From Glycera tridactyla (Eukaryota): 64,000 nucleotides of DNA. The stretch spans positions 33,480,001 through 33,544,000 of the forward strand of contig OZ286465.1 in assembly GCA_965644265.1 (NCBI GenBank), given 5' to 3'. Position 1 is the stretch's first letter, and the number at the start of each line of letters is the position of its first letter. The notes beneath the pieces are model-generated. The model was given only the letters and a program-made list of their open reading frames with translations. It was not told the origin of the DNA and ran no database searches. Below, piece after piece: positions 1-64,000 of the stretch. The translations under genes and the position numbers were made by a program.

Positions 1-666
1 TCTATGCCTGCCTCTGTGATACACTATATTTCAACAGAGGCAGTCAAGCCCAATAAAGAAAAGGATGGGTTTACTTCTACTGACTGTGAATGATGCATTC
101 ATATCTCGACAATGGATGCATCAAACAATCTTTTGTACCTCAATATAACAATCTATGCTTGGTCAATTTGTTTGAGTGTTCGAGATTTATCAAAGCAACT
201 CCTGATTGATGGTCTCATCCCATTGCAACTGATCCTACTTAGATTGCATAGCAGCAAAATAAACATGTGTTTAAGAATTTAATTAGTCCTTGTTTCACAT
301 ATTTAGGATTCATCACAATCCTTATTTGTTATATGTCATGACAGTCAGATACTGGTGGCAGTTGATGTCAAATAAGCTTCCTTTCAGGATCAACTTATAT
401 TATTTCTACAATTTGAGAGTTAAATATCATTCATTCATCAATCTATGAATCTATTTGGAGATTTATTTTGTATTCATTAGCTCACCTATCTGTTCATCTA
501 TTTTATCCACTTTTCTGTTGACTCACGTACTTATTTATACATTCATCCATTCATTGCTTGTCCTCCAGTAAGTATTCATTTATCCGACTTTGAAACGGAT
601 TGCTATGAAGAGGAAGCTAAATAGGACCTCACACTAGCTTTGTCTGTAGCAATTTTTCATGCTTAA

Positions 667-1764
667 ATGGCCCGGGACACACTTTGACGATGCTGAGTTC
701 TGTTTTGGAATGTGTAGGGAGGTCCTGAAGAAACATCTTCATACATACGCCACTGGTATATATGAGGGTTAAGTGTGAGAAAAATCGATTTGAATTTGCC
801 GCCGCTTTTCGAGAGGGCCCGCCATGTTGTGACGTCAGTTGGGGAACCGTTAGCATTCTGGCGGCGAGAAAATACATGGGAAAGATACGAAATGAACAGG
901 ACATGGTGTACGAAAATAATCGCAACGGCTTTAATTTTTGAAATATATCCATCTATCTTGGTATACATGCGTAAAACTTTTTAATGGAGACATTGATTGC
1001 CTTGGATTCGGTCAAGAAAACATATTTGTGAAATAGGATGAGTTTGAAGACGAAATTCACGGCAAAAAATGATGCCATCGAGTGGGAGCTTGTCAAATTT
1101 CGCCGGTGGCGTTGTACTAGAAAAATTGCTATGCATATACCATAACGTGTCAAATCGCGAAACTAATGTGAGAGATGTAAAACTTCATTTCGAATATATA
1201 TGAAATGATGGAATAACCCCATGTTGTTTACTTTAATCACAAATAGAGAGCAAAGTTACGATGATAAGATCGAAGAGCTGGCTGGTCAAAGTCGGCCGTG
1301 GTTCCCCATTCCACCGCTAGGTGCGTGTGTTCGCACACATTTTCGAATGAAAGTTCGCTATTTGTCCTGCGTTTATGAGGAAAATACTCGGATATTCGAG
1401 AATACAAGATGGCGCACGTGTTCTTCATGTAGTTCTGCATTAACCAGCAAGGTTTGGCTTCATAGATCCTAATATTCATGACACAGCGATTCTTTTTTGT
1501 ACATGATGTCTTGGCGATATAGGCCTTCTCAATGGATTCTTTACTCGCAAGCCGGCTCCATGGATCCTGATCTGACGTAGACACGAATACAGTCGGCACT
1601 CTGGGCGCTCGGTCGATGTTGCAAAAAATGGCCAGTTTGGGCTATAAATCGCCAATTTTCTCATTAAATCCTTCATATTTGCCACCTATGATACACTTCA
1701 TGTTCAAAGATATCATATCACTTATCGATTTCCGAAAAGCACCCCTGAGTGTGTCCCAGACCCT
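667..1764. mobile_element. Non-autonomous DNA transposon with TTAA target duplication (Kolobok-like)
   Basis: TTAA at 663-666 and 1765-1768. Termini atggcccgggacacact vs reverse complement agggtctgggacacact (14/17 identical). Interior is CpG-rich relative to flanks, with no transposase ORF. Confidence 0.7.
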
Positions 1765-4700
1765 TTAACTAGTGTCTGAATGCATAATATGTAATAGTCC
1801 CTATCTGGTAGAATGATTTATGGTTGATTTTCCATACACTATAATCTGCACTCAAACATTAGTCAAAATATACCGTTGATGTGCGAGAATAATTGATTAT
1901 AAATGACTGGCTATATAGCTCAGTTTTGTGTGATAATCACAGGCCCGAGCACAAATCACTACCCCAGTGCCTGAGCAAGTTAATTCTCACACACCAACAC
2001 AGACACAGACATACACAGCACATACACACACACACATCTCACGTTTTGCATACCATCAATTATCTACTTTCACTTTCAACGACTCCAGTTTCATACTATT
2101 CTCTTCCATGTCGAATATGTCTTACTGCCCAATATATGCTATAGTAACATCCGCAACGAGGACCCACTGATGATAGGCTACCTTTGACGGGTGACTAGAT
2201 ATATTCAATAGTACTGGTAATATACGCTCTCCCACCAAAAATCTCATGGGAAGTTGCACCATCCGTATCCCAGAAATTCAATGACTATCATATTGATGCT
2301 GTGATCTGAATGAAATGATAAAAAAAATGGACTCATCCATATCGAAAATCAAATCATAAAAACACGGAAATTAAACTGTGTGTGTGACAGAATTTATCAA
2401 TCTGATTCAAATTCAACTGAAATGGCTGTAAATGCATGATAACTACATGCAAGAATGAATGCATGATGATCCTTTGGACTGGCACTATTCCATAAAGCAC
2501 CAGGGGATGTGCAATAAACATTGTGAATGATCACTGAAAATCAACACCTTATACATGCTGTATCACTCACTGGTAGTGTACAATACAAATGACCGGTGCA
2601 TTTGATTGTTGTGCCAAGCGACGCAATCTGACAGCCAGTCAGGGTTTTGAATTTTGACTTAGTAAGAGTGCTCTGACTATTGGTAAAACACTTATAGCAA
2701 TATCCCTTGTTGTTTAATACACCTTCTACTCAAGCCATTCCATTCTACCATATATTGCTGTATACACGCCCATCCCCAAATAGAAGTGCACCCCGTAATT
2801 CAACTTGTCCATGACACAGAACACATGCAAAACCTGAAAAATAGAGTATTTCACGATAAAAGTGAAAGATCCGTCAGTATGCACCTGGTCGAAGTTAGTT
2901 CCAAATAGATGCACATGGCTCTTGACAATGCCTTAGTGCACTGCACGTATATTCAGCAATATACGGTATGCATTGTTTTCTTCACAAACTTTATCCTTAA
3001 TATGGTTATTTTCATAAGAAAATGGTGCTATTAATCCCAGGTGTCCAAAGTCAGTGTTGCCTTCTCTGGTGATGTTGTCTCCAATTGTGAAAGTAGATAG
3101 GACAAATGCCCCGAATCAGGCAGGAGTCTGAGCAAATGCTGCAGAGAAAACGTTGGTTGAATCCTGTATAAAGTATGCTGCATTTTTGGTGCGTCAAAAA
3201 AGAATGGAAACCCGGTTTTCATTATAAGTCAACGACTATTAGCTGCGACTGAACAGCCTGTAGGTGTGCTACAAATCTTATCGATCACATGATTGGGTAT
3301 ACCCTGAACCAACTGATAATACTATGAAGATGGGAAAATGATCCACAGGAAAATACACAACATATCTTGTATTATTACAGTAATAAACCTGTGACACCCA
3401 ACACTAATACAAAACATGTCTTGTATCATCCCTAAATACTGGGCGATACTGTCAAAATTGTTGCTTTCTGAACAATCATTAGTATGATTGAAGACTGCAC
3501 ACGAAGAACCCTTCACTATCCTAACATTTTCAAGATGGCTGCCTGATTGCGTTCTGCAAAAGATCTAAAGGTCAAACTCCATCGCCAAAGATAATTCGCC
3601 CACGTCTAATGAATTGATGAGATTGAAGAACGTCAGGCAGTTGATGTGGAATAGTCATCCACATACCCACAACCCATACTTCCTATCAAATTATTTTCTT
3701 GTTGTTGAAGGTGCTTGTATCTATCCTTTTTTCTCGTGGGTGCTGGATAAAATCAGCTTGGTTAACTGCACACTGTATATATGTTACTTTACGAGACTAA
3801 ATAAAGTTTATTCTATTCTATTCTATTACTCATGATGATACTTGATATCAATGTTACACTAACAGGCTTCGATGAAGGCATGAATGAAATGAACCTGACT
3901 GGATGAGAGGGGCACAACAAAGCAATGATGAACATAGATTGTGATGAATGTGACGTTGACGTCCGCTTCCGTGGCAACACACTACATTCAGTGACTAAAC
4001 GAGACGATGTGGGGATGTGCAGACCCAGCTGACATCTTTGTAAGACAACAATTACAGGATTGTATATGAGCAGTGCAGGATTTGGAATCTCCCATGTACA
4101 AGTTATATTTCAGGCTCATCGCGTTACCTGGAATATCAAATGCAGAAGGAAAATACCAGAATCAGGCGGTAGTGTGTGTGTCGAACAATACATTTCTGAT
4201 GTTTTTAAGCCATTTTCTTTGGCACATTTCCAGCATATTTGTGACAATGTATTCTGGTAGAATTGGACCAAACTAGGGTATATTTTTGGCCATTGGCCAG
4301 TGTTTATATAGCGGTTGGAAATAAGACATTCGAAAATGTCTCAATTTAATCTGTGTGTTTCAAATACACCACAACTACATCTAGCAAGTCCAGCACCCCT
4401 TCATGAAGTTTATGTAGATATCATGTTCGACATGAATGTATTTGATGAATGTTCCTCAATTTCTTAATGATGAAATTGTAGATTGGTGGTATAAGGGCTA
4501 TGTAGCATAACACTTCCATTTGTTGTTGATGCATCCTGCATGATTGAATTAATACCTAATGATTGTTGTATTACTTCACAAAAAATATTGTCCATTTATC
4601 ATATTTCTGATACAGCATTATATATATATTTTCTTGCTTTATAAGCCTGTCTCCTCTATAAAACTTGAACAAATGCGCCATAAAATAGCTTATGAACTCG

Positions 4701-6459
4701 AGAGTATAATGTCTGATGCCAGCATAATGTCTTTGTGGGAACAAGAGCTACTGGTCCATAGTTCCCTCACTTCCCGATGTATGTGCATGCTGATCTGTTT
4801 ATTTACCCACCAAATATCAAATGATACCAAATCAGACATTGCCATATCATACGTTCATTGAGATCACAAGATAAACAGAATTTATGCATTGAAACACAGG
4901 ATAGCCTAATCGAAATCTTAAACAGGTTTTTTGAACATGTTTGTGTAGTCTAGGACAGGAGTAGTATTTCCCCATTTTTTATTTGAAATATACAATGATA
5001 TCACACATCAACATTGGATTCCTTTTGCTATCATGTATTATCTTCAATGGCAAATTTGCAATGATCAAACACATTTTGATTTCCTTAAATTTGCGCTGTC
5101 GCTGGTTGAAAATATATTTGCAAATGTGGGATGAAAATATGCTTCGGGTGAAGTGCTTGCTCGTGGTATTTACTCGTCAAAAGTTTGGATTGCTACATGT
5201 TTCCACTACATGGATATGTATGTTGACTTTAGTTTGATGTCTAACCTTTTCTAAAATTTATATCTCCAAATGTCTACACAGATACATTTTTGAACTATGA
5301 GTGAAATACTAATTTTTCTAATCAACCATACAATGTATATGCAATGAAATTCACATATGCCTGATGAATGGTTAAGTCCAACTTTTCATCACTTATTTTC
5401 AATTGAATCCTATCCGAGAAATATATTTTCTATAACCATGGGCTGTAGAAAAACGAGTCATGAAAAACACCTCACAAGTTAGGCTGGAAATATTGTGTTT
5501 GGTTCAACTTACAGCACCAGCGAACACCAAGGCCACACTTAAACACGATCCCTGATGCAACACATGGGAGAATACTGCTAATGCATTCAAAGGAATGGTT
5601 TCTGATTGTTTTTGCTTGAATCTTCCACAAGGTAATGTCGAACTAATTTGTTTGCAATGCTGCATAACTATCCACATAATAGTTCAACTACACAGCATCC
5701 AAACTAAATTGAAACTCCAGCGACTCATCGGAAAAAGAGTGAATTTTCGACTGCACATTCTCCTCAATATAGGTTCCGATGTGACCCCATCTCATTGTTT
5801 TCTGATACTTCTACATCAAGGTCGACTCCGTACTTATCTGGCCTGGAAAGGGATGGGGGTCTAGTGAATGGGGCAAAAAAAAAAATGGGCATCACTGAAC
5901 AAACCTCTCTGGACAGCTGGCAAGACGCCGCAAGACGCACATGATCAAAACATGACATATATTTAGATAGACAAGACATACATTGGGCAGCTATCACTGA
6001 AGGCTAGCCAAAGGAGGACCGTTGATCATAACATAAAACCTGTTCACATTCAGCAATGACTGCTTACAAATAAGTCACTGATGGCTTTAGACTAGTCAAA
6101 ATACCATTTCCCAATGGTAATTATCACAATTGCGAATGCTTTAAGGGAGGAAAAATTGAGGATGAAAAATACAATATGCCAATATAAAAAAGCTTCTTAT
6201 CATGTGAAGTAGAGAGCTAATAGTATAGCTTGTATCCCTCTAATAATGAGGATATTCTGTGGTTTCCTGAATTAAAACACACAAACGGAAATTTTCTTTT
6301 CCGTACAGATGCAAAGAGTCTTCTTATCATGACCAAAATATAACTTACTCATTGACAGTTTTGATGACGGTCAGCCACTTTTTTCAAAAGTGATCGCTGT
6401 TCATTTGTTTGATATTATTACACTATACTTTTCAGCCTTCTCAAGTTCAGCATGAAATC

Positions 6460-6514
6460 AATAATAATAATAATAATAATAATGATAATACTTCTAATAA
6501 TAATGATAGTAATA
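6460..6514. repeat. (AAT)n microsatellite
   Basis: Direct reading. Confidence 0.9.
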
Positions 6515-6859
6515 CTATTGATTTATATGGCACCAATATCCTTAGCATGTTCAAAGGCGCAAAAGATTCTGTCAAGTGATTTTGAAAACCTAGTATAGAA
6601 TATAAAATAAGCTTACTTGTCAAATAAATGGTTGAACTGTTATTTTTCAATCTTGCCTACTCATAATATGGTTAGTGGACAATGTGCTAGACTTCAGTGC
6701 CCGTACATATGGAGGGATAAAAGGAAGGGGGTTGGGGGTGAAAGACAAGCAGATATGCCCCACGAATCACCAGCGCCGCAGGGGGTAGCTGCTAGTACAC
6801 AGGCTAACATCGTCACAATGATGGCAGATAGACACAGAGATAGTGCCAGTATATGGCTA

Positions 6860-63591
<56,732 letters not shown>

Positions 63592-64000
63592 CTGAAAGTT
63601 GAACAAAAGTGGTGCTGAAATATTGCAGTTGTAGAAAAAAAAATATGCAGCTTTTCTAACACAATCTTCACCTGAATGTGTGGTGTACATGCACACTGCT
63701 GACTCGTCAAATCATAATGGATGACATTGCTGTATGTGCATGCTGATGCGTCTTTATTCGCAAGAAGTGCGGCATCCTTTGAGGTGAACAAGACAACCCA
63801 ATACATAATCATAAATGAGAATGAGTGAACTTCTGCTACATTGTCCCTGAGGTGTCCCGTGCAGGATAACAACATTTGCTTGCAGAAATTTCCACCAGGG
63901 TAGTTCACCGTATTGACACAAGGTGGCACTCGCAATGACTTGCTGACTTCTATTTCCTGTTCCTATCATTCCCAGTTCCTATCACTACCATGGAGATTTG

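Noticed and set aside
2726-2914. MULE-transposase-like VHTDGSF..FQVLH frame
   Set aside because: Only a loose motif resemblance, with no termini or further motifs.

Overview
Eukaryotic (animal, probably invertebrate bilaterian) AT-rich genomic DNA. The window lies inside one gene on the minus strand: an L-type voltage-gated calcium channel alpha-1 subunit (Cav1, CACNA1C/D-like). I read 16 GT-AG-bounded exons from the repeat III pore loop/IIIS6 (63591) through repeat IV, the EF-hand and pre-IQ to the IQ motif (6896). Thirteen exon positions splice into an uninterrupted 519-codon frame; the rest of the gene lies outside the window. Three positions have two diverged, intact tandem copies: IVS2 (111 bp x2, 53 nt apart), IVS3 (84 bp x2, 915 nt apart, resembling vertebrate exons 31/32) and pre-IQ (103 bp x2, only 41 nt apart, with an open read-through frame). 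This implies a combinatorial mutually exclusive splicing system of up to 8 variants. Introns hold non-autonomous DNA transposons/MITEs, a tRNA-derived SINE, decayed DIRS- and LINE-type retroelement fragments, two ~83-bp minisatellites, microsatellites and two assembly gaps. No prokaryotic features, CRISPR arrays, rRNA or true tRNA genes were seen. Most ORF-track ORFs look spurious.
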